A stretch of DNA of 64,000 nt from Laetmonice hystrix (Eukaryota), in the NCBI GenBank assembly GCA_965235115.1, contig OZ249445.1, positions 8,432,001 to 8,496,000 on the forward strand, written 5' to 3'. Below are positions 1-11,437 of this stretch, one piece after another. The notes under the pieces are model-generated. The model did not search any database. It had not been told where the DNA came from and saw only the letters and a program-made list of their open reading frames with translations. The position numbers and the translations under genes are program-made. Within the stretch, counting starts at the first letter, position 1. Each line of letters starts with the position of its first letter.

Positions 1-864
1 CTTGGGCTGGAGCAAACAGTACAGTGAGGGCTCCCTACATGTATTGAATGGCGTCATACTCGAGCAAACACTACAGTGAGGGTCTCTAGATGTATTGACC
101 GGCCTCAGACTGGAACAAACACTACAGTGAGGGCTGCCCACATGGACTGACTGGCCTTTTCTCGATCAAACACTACAGTGAGGCCTCTCTACATGTATTG
201 ACTGCCCTTGGGCTGGAGCAAACACTACAGTAAGGGCACCCTACATGTATTGACTGCCCTTCGGCTGGAACAAACACTACAGTGAGGGCTCCCTACATGT
301 ATTGACTGGCCTTATACTCGAGCAAACACTACAGTGAGGGCACTCTACATGTATTGACTGGCCTTATTGTCGAGCAAACACTACAGTGAGGGCTCCCTCC
401 ATGTAATGACTGGCCTTAGCCTGGAGCAAAACAGTGCAGTGAGGGCTCCCTACATGTACTGAGTGCCGTCATACTCCAGTACACTACAGTGGGGGCTCTC
501 TACATGTGTTCACTGAGCCTAGACTGAAACAACCACTACAGTGAGGGCTTACTACATGTATTGACTGGCCTTATACTCAAGCAAACACTACAGTGAGGGC
601 TCCCTACATGTATTGACTGCCCTTCGGCTGGAGCAAACACTACAGTGAGGGCTCCCTACATGTATTGACTGGCCTTATACTCGAGCAAACACTACAGTGA
701 GGGCAGTCTACATGTATTGACTGAGCTTAGACTGAAGCAAACACTACAGTGAGAGCTTACTACATGTATTGACCGGCCTTATACACGAGCAAACACTACA
801 GTGAGGCATCCCTCCATGTAATGACTGGCCTCAGACTGGAGCAAACACCACAGTGAGGGCTGCC
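1..864. repeat. Minisatellite, ~52-bp unit, ~16-17 copies (truncated by window start)
   Basis: Consensus GAGCAAACACTACAGTGAGGGCTCCCTACATGTATTGACTGGCCTTATACTC recurs every 51-52 bp (e.g. 10, 62, 113); no unique spacers. Confidence 0.95.
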
Positions 865-3800
865 ATCAAATAGATGTGGATTTTGTTGGTAGGGCTACTA
901 GGTACTGACCGCTCGGGGCATTAGGCTGTAACTGTCAAGTGCAAACAGAATTTACAAAATGTATTCCGTTTAGGACTCAGATGGCGCCTCGTTGGATGAA
1001 AGCTCCTGTTGTTTGAATAGATAAAAAAATATTGCAAAACAAATACAAACAGAAAGTAGCGTTGTTTCAGTCGGGTATAAGTGCTCTCGGGCTCTTGGCA
1101 AAATCTCAATGAAAACACAATGGTGTTCTAAAATCAGGGGAGGGGTTATGAAGTAAAAGTTTTAAGTGGGATCCTAAATTACGGTTGCACCTCCGAGGGA
1201 AATAGCCGTCTTCGCCGTCCAACCCCTCTTTTTTTCTCCAACCATGTCACGTATGAACGGGTAGCCTATGCTTAGGCTAAGATGCTCTTCTGGTACCTAT
1301 GTCAATCGAAATTAAAAGGTGGATAAAACTGTGCACCGTTATCACAATGAAAGATTATAATTCATGACGATGGAATAGACCTACCTCTACCCGACTTCAA
1401 ACTCGTATAGATATGAAAAGTTTCCCAGTCTTGATATATGGTTTATACTTTAGCAGGACGACACCCGCAACTGGCTGCAGGCGCCGCCTGGCGGTCAGTT
1501 TGTTAGCACAGAACCCCATTGCCTTTTTGTTGACGTTTTCCGCCCAGACTCTGCGGCCAAAGTTAACTGTCCCGTGATGTTGTTAACTATGAGAGTAAGA
1601 CGTGTCACGTGACGTTACAGACCGCTGTTAGGGCTCCCTCCCCCCGGGCCATCCGTCCCTAACCACCCTCTATGATCATACACCTGTCACTGACATCTGG
1701 CGGTACCTTTCATCTTTCTAACGGCGTCCCTCACCGACTACCATGACTACATAACCCCTACCCCCACCCCCTAAACCTAGCCACAAGTTTACAGGCTATA
1801 AAAATATGTCGCTGCGCAGTTTTCATGGCGCCTGCCCAAAAGTCCCCACTGCTGCCAGCCGGATTCCTGTCGGCTGTCAGCATACAGTCCCCGCTAGACG
1901 TGCCAGCACTGTGCCTTCAGTAATCTACGTGTGATGGCTGTCTTCAATGGACCACATACCAAGGGTAGTGCCCTGTTCGTGTCCCCCAGAACTACGGTGC
2001 TACACCCCAGTATTCCGTAATGAACACATACCAGGGGGTTAGTTGTTATCGAGGTTCACATGCCTGCCTAATAAGATCACAAGTTGCCCACGGGATCGAG
2101 TTCTTTGTACACACCTGTGGTTTTGGGGGTTGACAGGTGGGAAATGGATATTAATGGCGTGCGGTCAGCGGGGTAAGACACTTTCAAAGGGTCAGAAACT
2201 GGCCAGGATCGCAGCACTGCCTTAATCAGGACGCTCTTCCTGTAGTTTGAGATTAGGTGATTAACAATGTTGTTCTGTACCGTTATTAAAATGGAGGATA
2301 ATAATTACTGGTGGCGATGGCATACCTCCAGCCGACTTCAGGGCTCTCCAACTTGTAAAGATATCAACAGTCCCATGAATTAACTGTAACCATCAAATCA
2401 TGCGGTTTGTGTTACGACTTAAACGGAATGTGTGCTATTTCATCTTTCTTTTCTATCCAAAAAAGTGTGTTATTTCACTGTAGAGTGCGGGCCAGGGTAT
2501 TAATGTTGGGAATATGTAACAGTACACCAGCACTTAGTGACACTTATAACATTTGTTACGAAAGAATATAAAACCCCTGAGAGATTTTCTTCACACTAGC
2601 ACAACTTATTTGTTAGGATGGAAATTATGATTGCTCTCGGGGGTTGTTAAGGCCTTCCATCCGGCGCTATTATGTTAATGGATGCCATGAATAATAAAGA
2701 CATCTAAGGTGGCACTTCACTCTCACACCTTGAGACGTCCCTCAGGTTTCTCAGTGCTATAAGTCAGTGCCTTATGTAATGACAGAAAGTGCCGACCTTA
2801 GCCAATTGCCTTTGACCCGTCAGGTCAGGGGGGAGGAACAATAATACCTGTATACACACATGCGATTATCTACAAGGGAACAAAAATCGTAATGCTACAC
2901 AGAACACAGAACACCTATAGCACCTCTAATCCTTCGGGAGACTCTTGGCGGCTTCGCTCGATGTAATCCTTTGATCTAACTTAATGGTGTACCCGCAGAC
3001 ACAGGTCTGCAGGGTATTTAAGCCACATGCTAACTGCTAAATCCTTCAAGAATAAATAGTTGTTTTGCTTTAAGAAGAGTTTAAGCAAAATATTGTGAGA
3101 TTCTTGGAAATTGCAATGATACGGTCTGCATGCAGCGGTGATTTACTTGGACGTCCGTAAAGAAATGGAAACACGGGATTACGTATTACCAGGAACATAT
3201 TCAAGGGCATGTTGTCCTTGATACTAACGGGTATCCCCTCCCACAGGAACCCTTGGAGCAAAGGGTCTGTCAGACTGTCACGTCATGGGCAGTCTTGTTT
3301 CTCCTGGTGTTCTACACGACGCCAACTGTGCAGAGTTTGGTGTTTGGTGAAAACATCGCACTGAACACCCTCTTACAAGGTTGAATCGTCTCAATGGGCG
3401 TTTGTGTTGGTGGCCTTCGCCAATAACGAATTATCTATGTGGAAAAAGTGTTAACGAAGGTTTGTCATTAGGCTCTGCCTATCCTAATCTATGTAGAGTT
3501 AAGGCAGTGTTAATTGGGTGGGGCTAAGCCTAATTATGGAGAACAATGACCGTGTGAACGTGGGAATATACTGGTGTGGTTTGCTATTATAACCTGCAGG
3601 TTTGGATCACATCACTACACAAACATGGATGCTAGTTGTTGATTAATGTACACTCTCAGTCTTACTTAAAAAAGACTGCAAGAATCTCATGTAATTAGTG
3701 GTCCACAGGTAATTAGCGATCCATGCTCTAATTACTCTCTATGTTCAAATATGCGCCTTACTATAGCCCGCATGGTTCGTCCTAATAACATGAATTTATG

Positions 3801-5313
3801 AGGCCAGTAATTCAGGTATGTATATATAGAGTAATCCGTTAGTTGTTGGCGACTCATCCTTTGACACGCACTGTTAGATGCTATAAGTACTTGCACATGG
3901 CGACCTGGATCAGACATACTCGGTCACTAATTCTCCTAATCTCTCCCCATCAAGGACCAGGTATCTGTGAGCGAACCTTGTTTAGAACCTCAGTTGAAGT
4001 AGCGTGGAACACGCTATGCGAAAATAGGGTGGTTTTCTTGAATGAAATATTTGTTTGCAAACAATGGTCGTTTTGTGCCAGGGGTTCCATATTAGTATAC
4101 ACGTCTCAAACTCCCATCTGTCTACAAGATAGGTATTCTTTCTCGTCCCCTCGACCCACAAGGCAATGCTTATTCTACACTCAGCTGAGCATCAAGTATA
4201 ACTTGCATACAAAGTGACTATTTACCCCCTCTACCAAACCCTGGGTCACAGGGCTTATTAGTATTATCATTTTTTTGGCCTTGTTCTCAAGCATATCTCA
4301 TTGGTACTTGTTTGTTTGATGTGTTTCCGTTTTCCACTTGACCTGTGAATTTGAGAAAAAGATATCTGAATTCAGAATCTTCAGAAGAAAAAAGTCAAAC
4401 CAAGCTGCACTGACATTACAGTCAACAACTAAGGTCATTGTTTCTGTGCGTCAAAGCTGCCCTGCTTCCCTGTCAAGTCACTGAACCATGACAGGTCCGT
4501 CCTAAATCTCAGGCCAAACCAAAGTCCCAGCAGCCCCCAACGTTTGCTGTGAACCTGTTTTGAGTGCTCCCAGGCCGCACGCAGGACGTTTGGGCAGCTT
4601 GCCGATTTCCAAACCAGTTTGCCAGAAGGTGAAAAAGCGCATCTCGTGAGGATGTCACGTTTTTAACTAACCTCATACAATGCAAACGGTGCTGTTCGAC
4701 AAGACACGGAGGCCGGCCCCGACCCCCTCCTCCCCACGTAACATGACCCTCGACTTATACCATCCTCAAAAACAGCACCCTCAGAATGCCACATATTGGG
4801 GGAGAGGAGGCGTAAAACATCCAGCTCATGAAAAACCTGATGCCACCAGTAATTCGTCTTCGTTTTAGCGGGGGTTTTCTTTAAGGAACAAGCATGGGAG
4901 ACAGTCTATATAAAGTTTACATTTGGTTGGGCGCATTGATGGAATGTGTCAGTCTGAAGTGAAGATGTATACAATCCAGTAGTGGATCTGTCCAGGGCGT
5001 CATGCCGAGATGATACATCGTGTCAGCGAACATATGGCTGTACCACTCTCATTCCTGGACCTACATAATACACCGACCCTCTCGGAAACAAACTTTTGCT
5101 GGCCCTCTATACTTACAAATATTATGAAAACCATCAAAACGGACATGCCAACCATTCACTAATAACTACTCTGTCACTGAAACATATTCCTTTAGTTTCC
5201 ACCTTGTATGTCAAGAAGTACCTGAACCAGGGTCAATCGATGTCATTCCTGTGTAATGGGCCGGTGTGGCGCGAATATAGTGATCGTGTCAAAATTAGTG
5301 ACGATATGGAAGC

Positions 5314-5468
5314 CAGTGGCGGGTCCAGGGGGGTTTAGGGAGCCCTCTTAGGCACCCAATTTTGTATTTTTTCTCCATTGAACTTTCTGAATTGACCACC
5401 TCCCCCATCCAAAGCAAATTATCCCCTTAACCCCCCCCCCCCTTACCAAAATCCCGGAACCGCCCCTG
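5314..5468. mobile_element. MITE (non-autonomous DNA transposon), CAG(G/T)GGCGGATCC-type termini
   Basis: Imperfect TIRs cagtggcgggtcc / ggaaccgcccctg, internal G/C tracts, flanked on both sides by GAAGC (5-bp TSD). Confidence 0.75.
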
Positions 5469-5615
5469 GAAGCCTCCATTTCAATGGTTACTCACTTCAC
5501 GCCATGTCAGCCTGCCTATCGTATTCCTTCTTGATATTTCAAGCACTGACTCTATGAAAAAAAAAGTTGATATGTGTTCGGATGGAGAACTGATAGAAGC
5601 TTTGTGTATTTTCAG

Positions 5616-6220
5616 CTGCCAGTAAACGCCGGGAGACAGACTCTTTCTGGGGAAGCGCCTTGTTTGGGATTATATTACTGGCCTGGCTGGCCGTTGTTAC
5701 AGTCGTCGTTATCTTGGCTATATGTCTGTTTGTCTGCGCTCTCAAACGAACCAAACGGAATTACGGCTCCAGTCCTTCCAACTCCACCACCAAACAGGAC
5801 ATCAGCTGGGGAGAGACTGCCAACGACAACCTCTTCATTGCCTACATGCCCGACCGAAACGAAACGGACTCTGCCAAGGTGGCGGCGTACACTGGTCAAC
5901 CGGCACCGCCAGGAACCGGAACAGCTCCAGCCGGCGGCGGGAAGCCCGGAATGGGCATCCGTCGGAATCGGTCCGGTAACGTGTCCGAATACTCGTACGG
6001 ACACCTCGGCTCACCAGGAGAGGGCTTCAAGGACGTCACGACCAAATCTTTCCCAATGGAGACGGTATCCACAGAAAATGTCAACCATGTCAATCATGGC
6101 GACTTTGTGCTCATGCCGGACCCAAGTTACGGGAGTAGGGACTATATTCTGCCGCGCCAGGCAGACGGCGTGGTCCGTGCAACAAGTTCCGGCGGATATC
6201 GAACATCGAACCGGATGTAA
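5616..6220 (+). CDS. Terminal exon (TM helix + cytoplasmic tail) of a probable fourth paralogue of the collagen-stalk membrane protein family; upstream exons not found in window
   Basis: Acceptor tttgtgtattttcag|CT at 5616 (phase 1, as for the TM exon of the 40122-42796 gene). Encodes ...FWGSALFGIILLAWLAVVTVVVILAICLFVCALKRTKR, sharing the W-L-x-x-x-T TM motif and a cytoplasmic W-x-E-T with the other paralogues; stop 6220; AATAAA 6325-6330. Confidence 0.7.
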
Positions 6221-9200
6221 CAAATCTGGCATTCAATCGCCATCATGACGGATGTATCGATTTAAGCCCGGAGCTCCCCGCCCCCTTACCCCAACCACAT
6301 TACAACCCTGGGGTTATCAGCTAAAATAAAAGTGTGGCTGGGCATACTTTGCCAGTGAGAAACACTGCTGTGTTATCCAGTATCAATGTGATAAAATAAC
6401 AGAAAGAGATATGCATGATGACATGATGGATGTTGACCGTTTCTTACCACACGAAGATCCTGGCTACCTGACCTTCTTGTATTTATCTGTGATTTTTTTA
6501 CACTGTGCATTCGTGTTTCCATGAAGTGCATTCCACTGTACGTTTGTAGTGGAAATGATGGACACAGAGACCCCAACGTTTGTATGACGTGGAAGTCATA
6601 CCGGATTTCTAGCCTATAGAGCCAAAAGTTGACCATGGATGGGTGTACATTATGTGACGCTGCAAGCGGGAGTACCAATCTATGCAGTTTAACGTTACCG
6701 GGGGCCTGGCTGCCGTCAAAGTGTTAAACGGAAACGATTATAGAATCAATGCTGAAGCTGGACTTGCCCTCAGTCACAAACAGAAATATATTTCTATTGT
6801 TGGATGGCAACGTTGCAGCAATTGTTAATGGTAAAGAAAGTGTTAATCTGATAAAATATGAAGATTCAGGTGGTGCACTGGTGTAATGATCTATACACAT
6901 TATTGTTGGGATAATAGGTCGCTACTGAACTTATGATGAAGTATACTAATGTTTGAGTAAATAATACTGAAGACACATAGGACGGTCTTGCAATAACTTA
7001 CATCACTAAACTATGTAAGAGAAATATGTATTGACAAACAACCTCAGGTACTATTCGTTTTGTAAATACGCGAAGGTTGCAAGAAAATACGGAATCCAAA
7101 TAGTAACCTTTCAGGCGGTTGGTTTGATAGCTGGGGACTTGCAAGGTCATCTGTATATTTTTGCCTGACCTCGAAAAATCAATACAAAGGTGCTGGAACG
7201 AGCTGTTATCAGTTGCCGTGCGACATTCTGTGTGCACGACAAACGACTGGATGTATAACCATCAGTTTATAATTATCACTGTATGAATATCGTTTGTTAT
7301 GCTGTTACTGCCATACACGCTTATAATGCATCGATACACTATACAGATCTACAATCTTATAAGATTGTATACCATGCACGCATGAAGATTACACTCGGCC
7401 TAACTTTGGAAGAAGGCCAACCGGGCTCCCGTTTAGTTGCGATATGATATGATATGATCACTACTCTTCTAATATACTATGGAGGTAGTCTAATATATGG
7501 TAGTAGTCTAATATATGATATATATTTTCATCGAACAATGCTGCTACAGAGATTGATCTGAACGGAAGATACTGATCTAGACACTTAAGCTTGACACAAG
7601 ATTCCTTAAACTTTGTATTTATAAACTTCCTTAAGTGAAATAGCACATTCCTTTTTTGTCAGGTCCGGTGACATTACATGTGTGTAAAACATGTACAGGA
7701 TATATCATTTGTATCTTACGATACACGTGTGCTAAATGCATGGAACCACCTGAAAGTGATATTAACAGTACTAACAGTAATTTTAGCAGTTTGTCACTTT
7801 GGCGACTTCCCGGATTTCAGACTTTACTTTGTCTTTCTTTACAATCTAAAAACGAAAATGATACAGCAAAACGACGGAAGTAGTATGAATGACATGGCGA
7901 CACGGTATACTAACAGGACATGAAGACGTAACTCACCACCCTGTATGAATTTGTACATATTCCTTAATGAATATACATGTATTATATCGAGTTGCCTACT
8001 TGTTTATGGTTTCTGTAACGATTTATCATGGTCCCCTTCCATTGTTAATGTTTGCGAGCACTTTAATCAGCTAATGTCTTTGATTCAGTGTAGCAAAATT
8101 TATCATCGCGCTTTCAATGTATATTTTGGATTAGAACGCCCCTCCTCCGAAAAAAGGGTTTCCGACAGTTCGATCCAACCTTTGAACTCTAATGTGATAT
8201 TCCAACAACCCCCTCCGACTGGATGTCTATTTCCTATGGTCTTTTTTAAGTTCAGGGACAAGCTACGCAATTAATGGAGGAAAGTGCAAATGAGTGGTTT
8301 GAATTGCTATTGACAATTAATTGGTATACGGTCGCGGTAATAGTTACGGTTACCGATTACACGTGTTTACCGTAACATAATTATAACTTATGACCAGGAC
8401 ATTAACATTCCAACGTGTGTATTTATTTTTGTGATTTACATGATAGTCTCTAGTGGTGGAAACAAAAGCCAGACTGTAACAGTCTGGGGGTGTGGTTGTA
8501 TGTGTTCAGACCATCCATTGTTCTAACTCTGACTGCCATGATGATGGACATGACTTCCATGCTGCCATGCACCTTCAATGATGCCGTGCAAGTCGCATGT
8601 GGGACGGTATTTCAAAGGCACTCAAACGGGTGCCAGAACTGCTGATCACTTTGTCAAAAAGACGGTCGTGTCCCAAAGTTTAGACTGCATGGCTGCACTC
8701 AGAGTGAGTTGAAATGAGCCTCATGTATTTGTGCTGAGGTAGCGCGAGTTTTTTGTTTTTGTCTGAAGTTGTTTCAACAACATTGGACCATATACGTTGT
8801 TGGATCGTCATGCCCTTACCGTTGGATGTATGTTACCTTGATGGGATTTCCAGGCCTTATATCGGTCAGGTCTACAGGCCAATCCCCTTATAGTGTTAGT
8901 CCTAAAAAGGTGCTCGGAGTTACCGTATATCAAGTCTTTCGGAGATCTTTCACGTTTATATAAGAGTGTACAGAAAAAAAGCTGCATACATGAAAAAGAC
9001 GGTTTTAACAATATTAACATTCCAGAAATAAAGTGATAATCAAACAGTGTGTTTCATTTCGAAGTCGTTTCCTGGATGAAGAACAGTATACGACAAAAAT
9101 TAACACCAAACAATGCCTTCCCGGTAACTAAGTTAAACAGAAATCGTAAAGACATTATCAAGTATTTTTTATATATTTTTCCAACTGAACACGAATACGC

Positions 9201-11172
9201 CCTTAGGGCAGGTTATGCACCCCACACGGATTTCAATCTCAAAATGACAAGTCGCCTTACGTATTGAGTATATTATGGTAGTTATTCACCCAGTGATCTC
9301 CTTAATGCTCACTCAATTATTGCTGACGCCCACCCCCTCTGACTAGTAGAATAGCTACTTTTACCTATGGCCAAAGAAATGGTGGCTGGATGTTAAACTT
9401 AAAAACGTCTGGAAATGAAGGGTTCAATTCTTCCGCCTGTGAGTACCAGACAAACCGGTTAGATCTAACTCCGTAAAAATGGGAATCGGTGGTTGCCTCA
9501 ACTTGAAGTTTAGAAGTTGTTTCATGGTGTAAAGCTCTACACACAAAATCTCATATTACTCAGGAAACTCATTAAAATGTTGAGGTGGATGCAAGGCTGG
9601 TCTCTGGAAGAACCTTTGTTAAGTTATCAACGGGATCTCATTGGAGATTTACATCAAATCTTTTTTCACCTGCATCAAGGAAATCCCATGCACGATTGAC
9701 TTTTTCATTCGAACCGGAGATCAGTCAGGGCGGGGAGAGGGCACAATAATCTTCGTGTACCTCGAAACCACTGTGACTGCAGTACATGATGATGTACGTG
9801 TTAAGTACCATTCCTGTGATCTGGACATCGCTCAGGTTTGCCATTTTTGTCCAATCAAATTCGTCATGATGTCATAGGCGCCCAATGGGAGGCCCGCGAC
9901 AGATAGCTGCTCTCAACTGTGTTGTAATATATCACCATCACTATGGCGAGGTGGCGGCTTGTTGCAGCTTGTACAACAATTCAGCCAGTATTCAGCCAGT
10001 ATTTAATATTACAGCCAAATTACCGTGAAATTCATAGGATAACCCGACACCATGACGTAACATAGTTCCTCATTCCAGTCGTACGCTGGGAGTGAGGGGG
10101 CAGGCACACCTTCAGCCGACATTAATAAATAATGACATGAGAGGACGGGGGAACTTTAGCATTATCATGATGATGATATGCACATAGCCCATGGCGGGAA
10201 GACTTCTGGAACCCTGTGGCAGTTAGGCTCAGGTTCAAGTATCCGAGCAGCGTAGGTGTCGGAAGTTGAGGCCAGTTGGTAAGATTTGAGGGCAGTGACA
10301 TGTATACCTACATTGTGGGGAAGACTCGTCTCATATGGACCTTATAGACAATGGACACACCTGTGGCAAACCAGAGCGGTAAACGTCCTCTACATTAAAC
10401 CAACTTATAGTTTAACAATGCAAAGTATGAGAAAAAACAGGTCAATCGAAGATAGTCTCAGTGCCTCAAAAACAACATCATCTCCAAAACAGTTGTACCA
10501 AAGAAGAAAAAGAGATAATTTTCTAGGTAAAAAAGGTAACCAAAGAACCGCATCAAAACAAGGGGCCATAGACTGAGCGAGATGTCGAATAGGTGACTCA
10601 TCCCATACCAGCTTGGTGTCACACACCTTTAATGATATACACTGTATACACAAGGGTTATTTTTTGGGGGGTAGATCCTGCTCAATATATCTCCACCTAA
10701 TGCCACCAGGGGGCGGGGGGTTAATCATCGTCGACTTGTGACGGATTTAACCTATGTGCCCTGGACAGGACTTATGTGAGCCTACACGCTGTATACGCAA
10801 TCACCCGCCTACTCATAATGCTCATAACTACATTATCTGTACCTCATATAGGGAAAACACGTTTCTGCACATTTACCTTTCCTGACATGATATCCGACAT
10901 TAGGTCTTCTATTTCAGGTGATGTATTCCTCAGTATAATACTTCAAAGATATAGGCGAACTAAGAAATCGTATGTCCTATCAGACTGTTGTTTATATCTC
11001 ATCAATTTATATGTGTTAGGTCGAAGATGAAGAAAAGACAACATGACCTCGTTATCTGCTTGCCCCTGCCTGTTGATTATAATTTATACCTGACTTACTG
11101 ACATAAATCACAATCTGATTAATGCCTCCAGAGATTTTCACATCAATAACCCCAGCAGACACAGGTTTTACC

Positions 11173-11437
11173 GAGGGGCCTCGGGTGGCCGAGTGGTCTA
11201 AGGTGTCGGCTCCATCATGACACCTAGGACCATCGCCTCACACCGCTGCGACCCGGGTTCGATTCCTGGCCTGGGCTGCATGTGTGAAAGGTTTGTCAGT
11301 CAGTTCCTTCCCGAAGGTCGGTGGTTTCCTCCGGGTACTCCGGTTTCCTCCACCAAGAAAAACTGACTTTCATCTCATCTTCACCGCCGTGATATGACCC
11401 TGGCTGTTGCAAGGCGTAAAACCCCAAATACCCCACC
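11173..11437 (+). mobile_element. tRNA-derived SINE with V-SINE-like central core
   Basis: A box TGGCCGAGTGG (11186-11196), B box GGTTCGATTCC (11256-11266), core GGTTTCCTCCGGGTACTCCGGTTTCCTCC (11323-11351), perfect 13-bp TSD CACAGGTTTTACC at 11160-11172 and 11438-11450. Confidence 0.9.

Noticed and set aside
1-864. CRISPR-like appearance (conserved core alternating with variable segments)
   Set aside because: The variable parts are mutually homologous, not unique spacers; no cas genes; eukaryotic context.
3143-3383. ATG-less open frame with a hydrophobic stretch followed by ENIAL (fucolectin-like start), considered as a paralogue 1 exon
   Set aside because: No start codon or convincing splice sites, and no similarity to the head-domain exons.
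5574-6248. 224-aa ORF overlapping the TM exon in another frame
   Set aside because: No recognisable features; the TM frame fits the acceptor phase and the family motifs.
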